The notes under the pieces were generated by a model, which had not been told where the DNA came from, ran no database searches, and was given only the letters and a program-made list of their open reading frames with translations. From positions 320,001-384,000 of the forward strand of contig OY776215.1 of NCBI GenBank assembly GCA_963675495.1: a stretch of 64,000 nucleotides of DNA, given 5' to 3'. The position numbers were made by a program, and so were the translations under genes. Positions 1-10,943 of the stretch are shown piece after piece. Source of the stretch: an uncultured Methanolobus sp. (GTDB lineage: Archaea > Halobacteriota > Methanosarcinia > Methanosarcinales > Methanosarcinaceae). Within the stretch, counting starts at the first letter, position 1. Every line of letters begins with the position of its first letter.

Positions 1-415
1 AATATGAGATCGTTGCTCCTAGGTATCCTAGTGACCCCAGATATAAGAAATATCCAATCCATTTTGGGAACATTCCTGATCTGATAACCAGTGTACCAAT
101 GGGTATAAGCCACAGTCCCCAGAACACCTCTGCTAAGTGTGTTGCTTCTGGAATAAGTATTGCCATCAATGAGAAAGGTACTCCTAAGAGACCGAATATA
201 ACTATCAGCGATGCTTGTTCCTTATCAGTCTCCATGAATAATTTATACAGTAATAAAGCAACCACTATCTGGAAAACTTGTACAATAATCTGGCCTAACT
301 GACCTAGTTTAAAAAGTGTAGATTCACTAGAGAGTGTTGGTGCATATAACAATGAAAATATGCTTATAACAGTCCATATCGGATAAAGAATCCTGAGCTT
401 TGTTATGGTCTTCAT
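1..415 (-). CDS. DUF4386-like membrane protein, partial (runs off the left edge of the window)
   Basis: Hand-translated open frame from ATG at 415 (MKTITKLRILYPIW...EVFWGLWLIPIGTLVIRSGMFPKWIG); the FWGLWL..G.L..SG.FPKWIG motif is typical of this family. Not in the ORF track. Confidence 0.7.
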   Translation of the reverse strand, partial: MKTITKLRILYPIWTVISIFSLLYAPTLSSESTLFKLGQLGQIIVQVFQIVVALLLYKLFMETDKEQASLIVIFGLLGVPFSLMAILIPEATHLAEVFWGLWLIPIGTLVIRSGMFPKWIGYFLYLGSLGYLGATISY

Positions 416-638
416 AACAATATTTATGTAAGTTGAATATATGTAATTTGGGTTTTTAAAAAGTTTGGAGTTATAAATATGTAGTAATATTCTAATATAT
501 GCACATATAAATATATTATATCATAAACATGTCTACATGTTAATTTTTTAATTTTACTTCTAAGTCGAATAGACGATTGTGATTGTCATGTACAAAAGCG
601 TACACTTTTTTCGCCTTGCACATATTTACAAAATCAGG

Positions 639-723
639 TGCGGGGGGAGGGATTCGAACCCTCGAAATCCTTCGATACTGGATCTTAAGTCCAGCGCCTT
701 TGACCTAGCTGGGCAACCCCCGC
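639..723 (-). tRNA. tRNA-Leu (anticodon TAA)
   Basis: GCGGGGG acceptor stem, CTGGA-CTTAAGA-TCCAG anticodon arm, long variable arm, GGTTCGAATCC T-arm; 85 nt. Confidence 0.97.
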
Positions 724-808
724 ATTTAGAATAAGTGTGGGTGCCGGTCGTTTAGCATTAAACACGGGATAATAACAATTAAGTTACTTAAGTCTTATTA
801 TAGCAGGT

Positions 809-1570
809 ATGGAAATCACGTTTCTTGGCACAGGAGTTGGCATACCTCAGAATGGCAGGGTTCAGTCTGGTGTGCTTGTAGATATCGAGGGTAAGCTATT
901 GCTTTTTGACTGCGGGTGCGGTGTTCTTGGCAGGATACTGGAGAGCAGGCATAAGCATACGGACATTGATGGCATCGTGCTCACGCATTTGCATCTTGAT
1001 CATGTAGGGGACGTACTTGCCCTGATCAAGGCTAACTGGCTTGTTAAAAAGACCGATATGCGGCTATACGGGCCTCAGGGCACCCGGGAATGGTTTGAAA
1101 AGACACTGGATGTCTATGACTATCTTAAAGACAGGTTCACCGTTGAGATAATAGAACTCTTGGCGGGAGATGAGTTTACGCCGGAAGGAAAAGGAGGAGA
1201 TTGTACCATCAAATGCGCTAAGACCGTTCATACTGACAACTCACTGGCGTATCGCATTGAAAGCGAAGGCAAAAGTGTTGTTTATACAGGAGATACCGAG
1301 CCATGTGAAGCAGTAATGGAACTGGCAAAGGATGCAGATGTACTCATACATGAATGCTCGTTCCCCCTGGGATTCCCCATGACCAACCATACAACACCGG
1401 ACATGTTCACTCTCATGCTGGAGGAGTACCCTATCAACGTCAAGGAACTCTACCTGACACACCTCTATCCCCACATGCATGGACATTATGAGGAAGCCAG
1501 GCACCATATCAGGAAGTACTTTACTGGCAACGTCACCATTGCTAAAGACCTGATGGTTATCAAGCCTTAG
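809..1570 (+). CDS. MBL-fold metallo-hydrolase (RNase Z/BN-like)
   Basis: ITFLGTG start, THLHLDH metal motif, YTGDT, LIHECS, LTH. Confidence 0.9.
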   Translation: MEITFLGTGVGIPQNGRVQSGVLVDIEGKLLLFDCGCGVLGRILESRHKHTDIDGIVLTHLHLDHVGDVLALIKANWLVKKTDMRLYGPQGTREWFEKTLDVYDYLKDRFTVEIIELLAGDEFTPEGKGGDCTIKCAKTVHTDNSLAYRIESEGKSVVYTGDTEPCEAVMELAKDADVLIHECSFPLGFPMTNHTTPDMFTLMLEEYPINVKELYLTHLYPHMHGHYEEARHHIRKYFTGNVTIAKDLMVIKP

Positions 1571-1642
1571 TCTAAAGCACAAAACTAATTAACAAATGTC
1601 AAAAATGAAAAAAAGATGAAATATCAAGCCGGTTATCCGGCT

Positions 1643-2185
1643 TTACCATTTCTCAAGAGCTTCAAGAACAGCCTCACCAAATGCCTCAGCACTTGGAGGA
1701 TCACGGGCCGTAATGATATTCCCAGTAACTATGACAGCTGCATCCTCATAGTTTGCTTTGCCTTTTTTAAGCTCCTTGATAGATTCAGGGTCCTTAAAGA
1801 CAGTAGCTTTTTTACCCTCAAGTACTCCTGTTCTTGCAAGTACCACAGGAGACACACAGATCGCAGCCACGATTTTGTCATGTTCAAAGGCATCTGCAAC
1901 CAATTGCTGCAACTTCTTGTCCGGCCATAATAGTTTTCTTGAGCCGCCGCCACCTGAAATGACAATCGCATCATACTCGGAAATAATCACTTTATCTATA
2001 GGAACATCAGGTCTTACAGTCCCACCAAGTGCCCCGGTAGCTACATCTGTAGTCTTGCTTGCAACAGTAATGGTTAATCCTGCATCCTCAAATACATCTC
2101 TGGGTTCAAAGAACTCCTCATCCCTGAAACCTTCCTGTGCAACGACCATCAAAACTTTTTTGCTATCTAAATTTGATCCTGACAT
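1643..2185 (-). CDS. DJ-1/PfpI family protein
   Basis: FRDEEF, SGGGG, AAICVSP nucleophile elbow, IITARDP. Confidence 0.92.
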   Translation of the reverse strand: MSGSNLDSKKVLMVVAQEGFRDEEFFEPRDVFEDAGLTITVASKTTDVATGALGGTVRPDVPIDKVIISEYDAIVISGGGGSRKLLWPDKKLQQLVADAFEHDKIVAAICVSPVVLARTGVLEGKKATVFKDPESIKELKKGKANYEDAAVIVTGNIITARDPPSAEAFGEAVLEALEKW

Positions 2186-2519
2186 ATTATCACTTTGCTA
2201 CCCAACTTATCCATATCATTTTTCAACTTTCCGGTAGAATCCTCCTCAACCAGACTATATTTTTTCAATTATTTTATAAGTATTATTATTCACTCAATTA
2301 GATAATTTTCGTTTCAAATATTTATATTTGACGAGTTGAAAAACAGAGAAAAGCTTTTAAAATTGATCATATTAAAAAAAAATGAAAACAAGATTATTTC
2401 ATAAATTGAGGATCTCATTGAGACCATCTGGAATTGCAATTCGATCAATATCGATGCAAATTCAAGTTCTTGTATTAATCTGACCTTCAGGCACAACATC
2501 TGGTATTTACTTGAAAGAC

Positions 2520-3545
2520 CTATTCCTTATAGAATTCATCTCTTGCTTCCACAAAAGCCCTGATATTCTCAATTGATGTACGTGGAGCTATTCCACAACC
2601 TGGGGCCAGTATACCTACTCCATCCATAATACATTGTTTTGCTTCTTTTTTGATGTGATCAGGCGATTTACCAAGCAAGGTTGCAGCAGGTGACACATTA
2701 CCTATAAGACATGCTCTACCTGAAACTATCTGACTCGCATAGGCGAGATCTACTTTTTCTTCTATGCTAAGTCCCTGGAATCCTGATGTAGATATCATAT
2801 CCAGAATATCTGTAGCGTCACCACAAATATGAAGAATTGAATGACCTTTTAGATTTTTAGTAATTAAACGATAATGTGGCAGTACAAGAGATTCGAACAG
2901 TGGTGGTGGGAACAGATCAGGACCTGCCTCGGAATCTATTATAACCACCGCATCTACCCCATAATCAAAAAGAGCATTGGCATATTCTGTACATACTTCG
3001 GCACCAATAGTAAACAGCTCTGTAAGAAGGTCAGGGTCGGTTATACACCACCGCAGGTAGTTACCAGCACCACATAGATAAAAAGCAATTGCTGCGGGTC
3101 CTATCATTCCTGCTATTAATGGAACATCATCTGATATCCTGCTTTTTATTATATCGGTGGCTTCAAGCATTATTTTTATTCTCTTGCTTTCAAGCAATTT
3201 CTCAGGAATAGAAAAACCTATAACATCTTCCTTATTCTTATATGGAAAATCAAGCTGATAGGGTTGTGTGTCAAGAGAACCTTCTGCAATGGTACAACCA
3301 AGGGTCTCAGCTATAACCGTAGTACAAAACGGATACCTTACAGCTTCAAGACCCAATAGCTCATGTCCGGCAATAGCAAGCGTTGCCATTTTTTCAGGAT
3401 CATAATTTGCATCGGGCCATTTTGCACCGGTTAGCTCCATAAGCTCAACTATTCCTGTTTGAGTTACTGAGCAGACAGGAACTTTATCCACACTGTTTCT
3501 TTCCAGGGAATTAATAAAACGCTCTTTTAATGTTAGACCAGACAA
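2520..3545 (-). CDS. MtaA/CmuA family methylcobamide:CoM methyltransferase
   Basis: VPVCSVTQTGIVELM, AVRYPFC, Zn ligands HICG and LAPGCG; TTG start. Confidence 0.9.
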   Translation of the reverse strand: MSGLTLKERFINSLERNSVDKVPVCSVTQTGIVELMELTGAKWPDANYDPEKMATLAIAGHELLGLEAVRYPFCTTVIAETLGCTIAEGSLDTQPYQLDFPYKNKEDVIGFSIPEKLLESKRIKIMLEATDIIKSRISDDVPLIAGMIGPAAIAFYLCGAGNYLRWCITDPDLLTELFTIGAEVCTEYANALFDYGVDAVVIIDSEAGPDLFPPPLFESLVLPHYRLITKNLKGHSILHICGDATDILDMISTSGFQGLSIEEKVDLAYASQIVSGRACLIGNVSPAATLLGKSPDHIKKEAKQCIMDGVGILAPGCGIAPRTSIENIRAFVEARDEFYKE

Positions 3546-3776
3546 GCAGAACTCCTCAATAATGCTATGTATCCAGATTACTTAAAAGATTATCTTTTCT
3601 CCACTTTTACGAAGTTTGTACTTTACAAGTGGTTTTAATTTGGTCACATATTTTACTGAAATTATTAACGATAAAGATTATTTATTAATATACTTCAAAA
3701 ATAAACAAAAAGCAAAAATAAAAAATATCAAAGAATATTTAAACTTCTAAGTACTTTCAAAAGTGAGGTAGTAATT

Positions 3777-4595
3777 ATGACAGAACTAGTCCGGAAAATA
3801 ATAGTGATCACATCACTTTTAGCCATGGTTTTAATATCAGGTTGCACAACAACCGTTGAACCAATAGACCCTGTAAGTCCTGAAAATGTCTTTCTTGATG
3901 TCTCCCCGATAGTCATTAAAGAATTCCAGGAACAGGACATATCCCTGAAAGTAAGCAACAATGCTACACAATCCATTGATTCTGTAATGGTTTCAACTTA
4001 CATACCATTCACAGTTATAGGAACAGATTCTTTGAATATAATAGGAAAAGAGAATGCTGCCGATGTTGCTGAATCTTCTATTCTGAACTCTAAAATAATG
4101 GCACCGGCTTTTGACACAGATACAAATGAATCTGCTGTGACCATCAGTTACCTTTCAGGAACAAACGAGGAAGGATTGCAGACAACAATGACAAAATCAG
4201 TCCCGGTCAACGTAACCATACTTCCGGACGTGCAACTCCAGTTCCTTGGATTCGTAGAGGATATGGATTCACTGCGTACAACTTCAGCAGAAGCCTGGGA
4301 ACTTGAAGCCGGGGAAAATGCAACCATTACATTCTCAGTCAAAAATCATGGACAGAGCACAGTGCCTGCCGAGATACTGACCGTTGTGGCAGATGTTGAC
4401 AATAAGCTCATAGCAGATCAGGCATCCATGAATATAAGCGAGGCAATGGCAAGAAGTGGAACATCCTACACGAAAGGAATGCAGGTACCTGTGAAAGATG
4501 ATGCACCAAACGGTGAGACCGATGTCTATGTCAGGTTAATGTATGGCGACCATATCGTAGATGAACATAAACTGGTGCTGAAAGTCAAACTGTAG
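3777..4595 (+). CDS. Secreted lipoprotein with Ig-like domains, function unknown
   Basis: Lipobox LISGC and a beta-rich acidic body. Confidence 0.8.
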   Translation: MTELVRKIIVITSLLAMVLISGCTTTVEPIDPVSPENVFLDVSPIVIKEFQEQDISLKVSNNATQSIDSVMVSTYIPFTVIGTDSLNIIGKENAADVAESSILNSKIMAPAFDTDTNESAVTISYLSGTNEEGLQTTMTKSVPVNVTILPDVQLQFLGFVEDMDSLRTTSAEAWELEAGENATITFSVKNHGQSTVPAEILTVVADVDNKLIADQASMNISEAMARSGTSYTKGMQVPVKDDAPNGETDVYVRLMYGDHIVDEHKLVLKVKL

Positions 4596-4603
4596 GCGAT
4601 ATA

Positions 4604-5572
4604 ATGAAAGTTGTGAACCTTCTGCTTTTCCTTTCTATTTTTCTTTTTTGTATCTCCAGCGGATGTCTAAATGAGAATGTAGTAGAAGAAGTCCAGTATC
4701 CCATTATAACCAACGTGGATGTAATGTCAACACTGGCAGATGAAGAGTTCGAACTCAAGGTGACCACCTACATACAAAACCCCATGGATAGTGACACAGG
4801 CTCACTTTCCATCAAGATGAAAACAAAAGACCCTTATACAAATCTTATAACATCGGATCATGCGGAAAATGTAGGCTACCTTAAAGCAAATTCGCAGACA
4901 TACAAGACTTTGTCTTTCAATGTGCCTAAAAGTGGTGAACAACTAGTCGTTGTGGAATTATTTGAGGACAACAACCTTGTAGATGACTATACATCCCAGA
5001 TCAAGCTAATTGAGGAAACAACTAGTCCGGTTCCAAATGTGATACTGACCGACCTTCTTATAGAAACCATACAGGCAACAAACTATGGTGAAGACATTAT
5101 ATTTGAAGCTTCGCCCGGATTCTATAATCAGGGAGATGAAGCAGACAAAGTAACTTTAATTGTCACAGCAGTCGTTGACCAGTATACAAGATACACAGGC
5201 AGTGTTGTTGTTTCTAATATTGAAAATGGCCAGAGGAAAAGAGGCACCGTAAGAATGACAGTTCCAGCCGATGAATCCTACAGTTTTGTAGTTGACCTCA
5301 TTGCAGATGGTGAAATAACCTCAAGTGCACAGACCAGCACATCAATAAAGATCCACGATCTTAAACTGGAAACTCCAAAAACATATTCGCTTCTTGAGTC
5401 AGATTCGCCTGTTTCAGAAGATGTAGCAATTGATGAAGAAGAAGCAGTTGATGAGGAGATGCCTTCTGAAGAAACGACAGCAGATCAAGCACCTGGATTT
5501 GAGGTATCAATACTGGTGATTTCCATGCTTTGTGCTGTGGGAATTTTAAGAAAGAAGAACAGGAAGATCTAA
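4604..5572 (+). CDS. PGF-CTERM (archaeosortase) anchored surface protein
   Basis: N-terminal signal/lipobox (SSGC); C-terminal APGF + transmembrane helix + basic tail. Confidence 0.85.
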   Translation: MKVVNLLLFLSIFLFCISSGCLNENVVEEVQYPIITNVDVMSTLADEEFELKVTTYIQNPMDSDTGSLSIKMKTKDPYTNLITSDHAENVGYLKANSQTYKTLSFNVPKSGEQLVVVELFEDNNLVDDYTSQIKLIEETTSPVPNVILTDLLIETIQATNYGEDIIFEASPGFYNQGDEADKVTLIVTAVVDQYTRYTGSVVVSNIENGQRKRGTVRMTVPADESYSFVVDLIADGEITSSAQTSTSIKIHDLKLETPKTYSLLESDSPVSEDVAIDEEEAVDEEMPSEETTADQAPGFEVSILVISMLCAVGILRKKNRKI

Positions 5573-5651
5573 AGAAATACTAATCTTCCCTTTCTTTCCT
5601 TTTTTCATTTTTTTCTATTTTTTCAGAAACCTTTCTTTAATGAAACGAATT

Positions 5652-6236
5652 TCATGAAAACAGGACACTTATATTAAAATTATCAAGCATCTTTGAGAGC
5701 CGAAAAAGTGGAAGACCAACTACATTGAAAAAGTCACCATCGATTCTCTCAACAAGTATCGCTCCTTTCCCCTGTATTGCAAAAGCGCCTGCTTTGCCAA
5801 GAGGCTCTCCTGTACTAATATAATCTTTAATCAACTGTTCCGGCATTTTCCTCATCCAAACAGTAGTTAACTCGTATTCTGTAATTTCTTCCCCACTACA
5901 GACATCCATTACAGTAATTCCGGTGATAGCCTGTATCTGTTGTCCGTTTATTTTTTCTAGCATCTCTTGTGCATGGACCTCATCAGCTGGTTTTCCAAGA
6001 ACCTCACTCCTGCAGGCGACAACTGTGTCAGCAGAGATAATTATGCCTTCTTCGAGACCATTTGCCACATCAACGGCTTTTTCACGAGAGTGATGCATGA
6101 CAAGTTCAACAGGATCCAGTCCTTTGCCTGTGTCTTCTGCATAAGAACTAACACGAATATCAAAATCCAGACCTATCAGTTGCTCTAACAGCTCTTTTCT
6201 TCTTGCAGATGCAGAAGCAAGGATTATCCTGTTCAT
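5652..6236 (-). CDS. maf: Maf family nucleoside triphosphate pyrophosphatase
   Basis: IILASASARRKELL, ISADTVV, LGKP, KAGAFAIQG, NVVGLPL. Confidence 0.95.
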   Translation of the reverse strand: MNRIILASASARRKELLEQLIGLDFDIRVSSYAEDTGKGLDPVELVMHHSREKAVDVANGLEEGIIISADTVVACRSEVLGKPADEVHAQEMLEKINGQQIQAITGITVMDVCSGEEITEYELTTVWMRKMPEQLIKDYISTGEPLGKAGAFAIQGKGAILVERIDGDFFNVVGLPLFRLSKMLDNFNISVLFS

Positions 6237-6348
6237 GAATATGTAAAAGGCAGGTGAAAATATCTACTTTGTGACAAAAGCTCAACTATTTACAAAAAAC
6301 ATATGGCTTTCATGAAAAAATGAATTTAATGACTCTACACTAAAACAA

Positions 6349-7077
6349 CTAGTTAAAACTAGAGATTATCTTTTCAATATCATCTTTGTTATTTCCAGGT
6401 ATCGGAACATTTACAGTATAGCTTCTAGGTCCTGTTCGATCAAAGAAATCATAGACTACCCCTATATGATTATATGGTTCTTCTTGAAATTCTGCAAAAC
6501 TGAATTTTGATAGTGGAAAGTCCCATGTATGAAATTCTTTATTCAAAAGAACTCCTTTCTCAAGCAAAATAACCTCTCCCACACTTTTTCTTTTGAAATA
6601 GAACAGGATAGAAGGAAAGACATAACCCATGAAAAAATAAAGCCCAAATAAACCTAACATAACCATAAACATGAAAAAATTACCCTCAGGTGCAAACAAA
6701 ATGATCGGAACAAATATGATTGCAGTTATCACTGATAGAAAAATAGCCATTAAACTTCCCATCTCATTCCGATAATCCTCTTCATGAGATAAGTAATTCC
6801 ACCATTCTTCATTCGTATATTTCCAATGGACGATCATCTTTCCTTGATTGATAGCCTCATCCAGAACTTTAACGTTTTTCCTAGTTGTCCTAATAAAGAA
6901 TAATGAAGTCAGCACAATAGTGATAGACGCCATAATAAACAAACCATCATACGAGTTTATATCAAAAGTGATGTAGCTGTGTAAACCAAGAGCAGTAAAG
7001 AAAATAGCTGTATAAATCCACCTAGTTAAGGTTACTCTTTGAGGATTTTTGATTTTTGAGATGGCATCTTGTTTCAT
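6349..7077 (-). CDS. Hypothetical membrane protein (about 4 TM helices)
   Basis: 242-aa ORF with four hydrophobic segments; AT-rich. Confidence 0.75.
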   Translation of the reverse strand: MKQDAISKIKNPQRVTLTRWIYTAIFFTALGLHSYITFDINSYDGLFIMASITIVLTSLFFIRTTRKNVKVLDEAINQGKMIVHWKYTNEEWWNYLSHEEDYRNEMGSLMAIFLSVITAIIFVPIILFAPEGNFFMFMVMLGLFGLYFFMGYVFPSILFYFKRKSVGEVILLEKGVLLNKEFHTWDFPLSKFSFAEFQEEPYNHIGVVYDFFDRTGPRSYTVNVPIPGNNKDDIEKIISSFN

Positions 7078-7218
7078 GCTATTTAAGCATAATACATTTT
7101 ATGGTTTAAAAAATAATATGTTTTGACTCTGTAGAAAAATGGAATAGAATTTGGTGTGGAATTGTATTATAATAAAAAAAGCACTTGAAGGCAAACACTG
7201 CTGCCTTCATGAACAGAA

Positions 7219-8307
7219 TTAATCTTCAGTTGTTATTGTTTCATTTACCCATTCATCCATGTTACTAGCACCCATTATCTGGCTGTTGTCAAACATAGGA
7301 ATTTCCACAGGATACCATTTTTGCAGGAAAGTGAGCATGTGATATTTCATAAAAACCCTTGCAGGCATTCCTACAAAAGCCATCACAAATATGAAAACGA
7401 TAAACTCGACAATTAATATTGGGATAAGCAGGAGCCAGACAGTAGTATCGGCAAGTATTGCTGAAAGACCAAAATAGAGAATGAGGTCAACTATAAGAAG
7501 CAAAATTCCCAATGCTATCATTGCTATGATTGCCAGAATTGCCACAAGTATACCTACTGCAATAGCAAGTACCAAACGACCTATCCAGTATAATGCCATT
7601 TGTTGCCAGTCATGTCTGAACTGTCCAAACACTCGGGATAAAGCTGAAAATATGTTACATTTTGAGTACAGGGAAACGGGGATAGCCAGATTGATAAATG
7701 ACCCTATTATGCCTGCGATGATAGCAATTACAAAAACAATGGCAAGAAATCCCATAATAAGCAATACAATAGAAGCTGCGCCCAAACTGTCACCGCCTCC
7801 ATCCATACCACCTGTAATTAAAAATAAAGGCAACGCAAGAATGGCAACAAGCAGAAGAACTCCCAAAACTACAATTATGCGTAAAACGTAAAGAGCTACT
7901 CCTTTTACCAGATACCTGCTAAAATACTCCCGTATCCGTACATCATTTTGAACCAGTGATTCCACAAAAACGAATTCCATCACACTTCCTATAAGGCCCA
8001 TAATAAGAGCAAATAGGAATATCAATACAATGGCCAAAAGAATAAGTGTAACTCCCGAATAGGACATCAGATGCTCATAAAAATTGCTAACAACATCAAT
8101 GAATCCCTGTGGAATCCCGGAAAGGTCAGATTCAGACCCACCATAAGAACCGCTATTTCCACCGCCATTGAAACTGCTACCAACACCGCCGATAAAAAAG
8201 ACAATTATGGCGAGTTTCACCCACTTCCATATGTCAAAAGGCTCAATAAGGCACGTTCGTGTCCTTTCTATTGCACGATCAAGCGCATCTATTACATACC
8301 AGCTCAT
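7219..8307 (-). CDS. Conserved archaeal polytopic membrane protein
   Basis: MSWYVIDALDRA..WVKLAIIVFFIGG start followed by several TM helices. Confidence 0.8.
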   Translation of the reverse strand: MSWYVIDALDRAIERTRTCLIEPFDIWKWVKLAIIVFFIGGVGSSFNGGGNSGSYGGSESDLSGIPQGFIDVVSNFYEHLMSYSGVTLILLAIVLIFLFALIMGLIGSVMEFVFVESLVQNDVRIREYFSRYLVKGVALYVLRIIVVLGVLLLVAILALPLFLITGGMDGGGDSLGAASIVLLIMGFLAIVFVIAIIAGIIGSFINLAIPVSLYSKCNIFSALSRVFGQFRHDWQQMALYWIGRLVLAIAVGILVAILAIIAMIALGILLLIVDLILYFGLSAILADTTVWLLLIPILIVEFIVFIFVMAFVGMPARVFMKYHMLTFLQKWYPVEIPMFDNSQIMGASNMDEWVNETITTED

Positions 8308-8352
8308 GTAAATAAATAGTAAAGGTTGAGTTATATAGTTACTGATTTAAAA

Positions 8353-8754
8353 CTAATTGAACTGCGCATTAATAGCACTTCGTTTTCTGGCTCCGAGAAT
8401 GACCTCTTTTAGCATGACAAACCCGTCATCTTCAGGATAATAACTTATTGCTCTTTCCAGTATCTCCAATGACCTATCAGACATTGAAGATTGCAGACAG
8501 GCATCTGCAAAGATTATAAGAACAGTCTTTGAGTATGGCTCAATTTCCAGTGCATCTTCCAGAAATTTAATTCCTTTTTCAGAATCTCCCATCAGACAAT
8601 ATGCGAATCCTTTCATTGAAAGAGCATGTTCATCATCAGGGTGTTCTTTTAATATCTCATCCAGACAGGATATTGCTTTTTCGTACAATCCGTCAGCAAT
8701 CAGCATATCTGATCTGCGCATCAGGAGCTTTTCATGTGTGACAGAACTGTCCAT
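8353..8754 (-). CDS. TPR-repeat protein
   Basis: About three TPR motifs (YEKAISCLDEIL..P; KG.AY..MG...A.EI.P). Confidence 0.85.
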   Translation of the reverse strand: MDSSVTHEKLLMRRSDMLIADGLYEKAISCLDEILKEHPDDEHALSMKGFAYCLMGDSEKGIKFLEDALEIEPYSKTVLIIFADACLQSSMSDRSLEILERAISYYPEDDGFVMLKEVILGARKRSAINAQFN

Positions 8755-8866
8755 AATAAAAAAAAGATGTTCATTACTAATAAATATTGCAGCTATAGAA
8801 GTGTTATAACAGATTAATAAAAAAAGAAAATAAGAATTAAAAGTAGCATATCCAATTATACCTGAA

Positions 8867-9184
8867 TCAGACCCTCATTGCTATATTTCCAAATACATTA
8901 AAATCCATGTGATTTTCTATTGCACATGATTTGAGCAGTGAAAGACCTTTGTCCATTATTTTGGAAGCTGCAAATATATGTAAAAGCGAAACATCTCCTT
9001 TTTCGTACCTATCCCCCATCTCTTTCATTCCCTCTATGAATCCAAGCTCTATTAGATCAACAGGGTCCATGCCTGCATCAACCGCTTCCCGGACGGCAGA
9101 TTCAGCTTCCAAGCTGTCGAAATTGAGAACAGATTCCCGTGCTTTTTCTATTATCTTGTTGAATAGTGATTTTTCAGATTCCAT
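8867..9184 (-). CDS. Stand-alone B12-binding cap (N-terminal helical) domain protein
   Basis: AVREAVDAGMDPVDLIELGFIEGMKEMGDRYEKGDVSL; no DxHxxG Rossmann domain; start placed at ATG 9184. Confidence 0.8.
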   Translation of the reverse strand: MESEKSLFNKIIEKARESVLNFDSLEAESAVREAVDAGMDPVDLIELGFIEGMKEMGDRYEKGDVSLLHIFAASKIMDKGLSLLKSCAIENHMDFNVFGNIAMRV

Positions 9185-9412
9185 ATAAACAATCCTAATT
9201 TTTATTGTGGAGTATCCCTCACCCATTTGGAACTAAATCCACTTTTGTCGTCTTGATCTTCAGAGGTAGTCTATTTTAGTTGATTTAAGACAACTAAAGT
9301 TGATTACACATAATTACTATATAAATTATTCGACTCTGAACCTATTCGGTAAAGTTTCATTCAAAATCTTCCATCAGTATGTTTATTATGTTGGAGAAGC
9401 TATGAAACCATA

Positions 9413-10918
9413 ATGTCAGACAGGGAAATCATATCTACATTCAAATACGTTTCACGCATGAAACCAGAATTCATGTTATCAGAGCTTACTGACTATCTAA
9501 ATGAGGAAACATCCGTCCAGCAGGTATACAAAACTCTTAAACCCCTGTTCTTCGACCTTGGAATCGATGTTGTTGCCAATAAAGATGATTTCAGGATCAT
9601 TCGTGCAACTCCTCAAAAGAAAATGGAACTTACTGATGAGGAAATCAGAAAGAATGACCTCTTTTTTAAGTCCACTGCAGTTTCCAGAAAAATGGAACGT
9701 CATATCGAACAGTACATCGAAAAGAAGACCAGCAAAGACTGGGATGACCCCATAGTTCTGGACAAAATAAGAAAAGCCATTCGTTACCAGAAAGCCAGCT
9801 ATTGGAAAGAAGGCAATGCCAGGAACATAAGCTATGAAAAAGGATATAGCATCCTTGGGTACCTTGCCTATCAGTTCCCAGTATATTTTGTACAGTTTCA
9901 ATACCTCCTCTATGACCTGGCAAAAGACGGTCTTCTAAAGAACCGTATGAAAATACTTGATGTCGGAACCGGACCTGGTACGATCCCACTGGCAATTATC
10001 GATCTTTACAACCGTCTTGATGACCGCAAGGCAAACATACATACGATCGAACTATTCGACGAAAACATAGAGGCATATAATTACCTCGTTCCACAGTATG
10101 CAGACATAAAATCAAATGTCACTGTTGAAGAACCTATCAGAGCAGATGTTAGCAAACTGGAAATTGAAAAACTTCCGGACAACATCGACCTCATGGTCTT
10201 TTCCAATGTCCTGAACGAGATGAAGGACTTAAGCCTTGAACAAAGGGCTGATATCGTAAAGAACATGGCAGAGAAACTCTCACCTGATGGTAATATCATA
10301 ATAATAGAACCTGCTGACAAGGTCAATTCAACTGAAATGAGAGCACTCACCATAATACTGAAGAGAATGGGAATCAAGATCTACAGCCCATGTTCATTCA
10401 TCTGGTCGGGTGAATGTACCCTTGAAACATGCTGGAGCTTCGAGCATAAAAAGGACATTGAGATTACAAGGGTCATGGGTAAACTGGCAGAATGCGATGA
10501 GCCATACCGTTACATCAATACCGACATCAAATATTCATATGCCATACTCAGGAAGGACAAACTGTCGAAGCAGGATCTCATAGTTCCTGACAAAGCAAAG
10601 TTCGCGCGCATGGCAAAAATTGACAAGCATAATACTAAACGCATAAATGTCGTAGGTTCACTGATGTCAGGCGATCTGGGTGATGAGAAGTACAAACTCT
10701 ACAGGATATGCGACGGTACTTCAAAAAAAGCAGTCTACGCAGTATTGCCATCCCATAACCTCACAGAGGATAATGAAATAATCACGAAAACCGGATATGG
10801 CAATATACTCAAATTCTACAATGTGCTTGTCAAATACAATGAAGCGACTGATGCATACAACCTTCTTATAGGAAAAGGTACCACAATTGAACCTCTATCC
10901 GGCGATATGGGACAGTAA
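9413..10918 (+). CDS. Rsm22/METTL17-like class I SAM methyltransferase
   Basis: YLAYQFP, ILDVGTGPGT, FSNVLNE, IIIEP, Cys cluster PC..C..C, KYSYAILRK. Confidence 0.8.
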   Translation: MSDREIISTFKYVSRMKPEFMLSELTDYLNEETSVQQVYKTLKPLFFDLGIDVVANKDDFRIIRATPQKKMELTDEEIRKNDLFFKSTAVSRKMERHIEQYIEKKTSKDWDDPIVLDKIRKAIRYQKASYWKEGNARNISYEKGYSILGYLAYQFPVYFVQFQYLLYDLAKDGLLKNRMKILDVGTGPGTIPLAIIDLYNRLDDRKANIHTIELFDENIEAYNYLVPQYADIKSNVTVEEPIRADVSKLEIEKLPDNIDLMVFSNVLNEMKDLSLEQRADIVKNMAEKLSPDGNIIIIEPADKVNSTEMRALTIILKRMGIKIYSPCSFIWSGECTLETCWSFEHKKDIEITRVMGKLAECDEPYRYINTDIKYSYAILRKDKLSKQDLIVPDKAKFARMAKIDKHNTKRINVVGSLMSGDLGDEKYKLYRICDGTSKKAVYAVLPSHNLTEDNEIITKTGYGNILKFYNVLVKYNEATDAYNLLIGKGTTIEPLSGDMGQ

Positions 10919-10943
10919 CAAATTATTTAAAAATCTGATCTGC

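Noticed and set aside
99-302. 67-aa plus-strand ORF
   Set aside because: Antisense to the DUF4386-like gene on the minus strand.
2314-2499. 61-aa minus-strand ORF downstream of the mtaA-like gene
   Set aside because: Low-complexity AT-rich translation with no recognisable family.
809-4610. Pyrrolysine read-through at the TAG-terminated genes 809..1570 and 3777..4595
   Set aside because: Each TAG is followed within a few codons by TAA and the proteins look complete.
9275-9298. TTTAGTTG-N8-CAACTAAA inverted repeat between divergent genes
   Set aside because: Plausible operator, but a single AT-rich instance with nothing else to support it.
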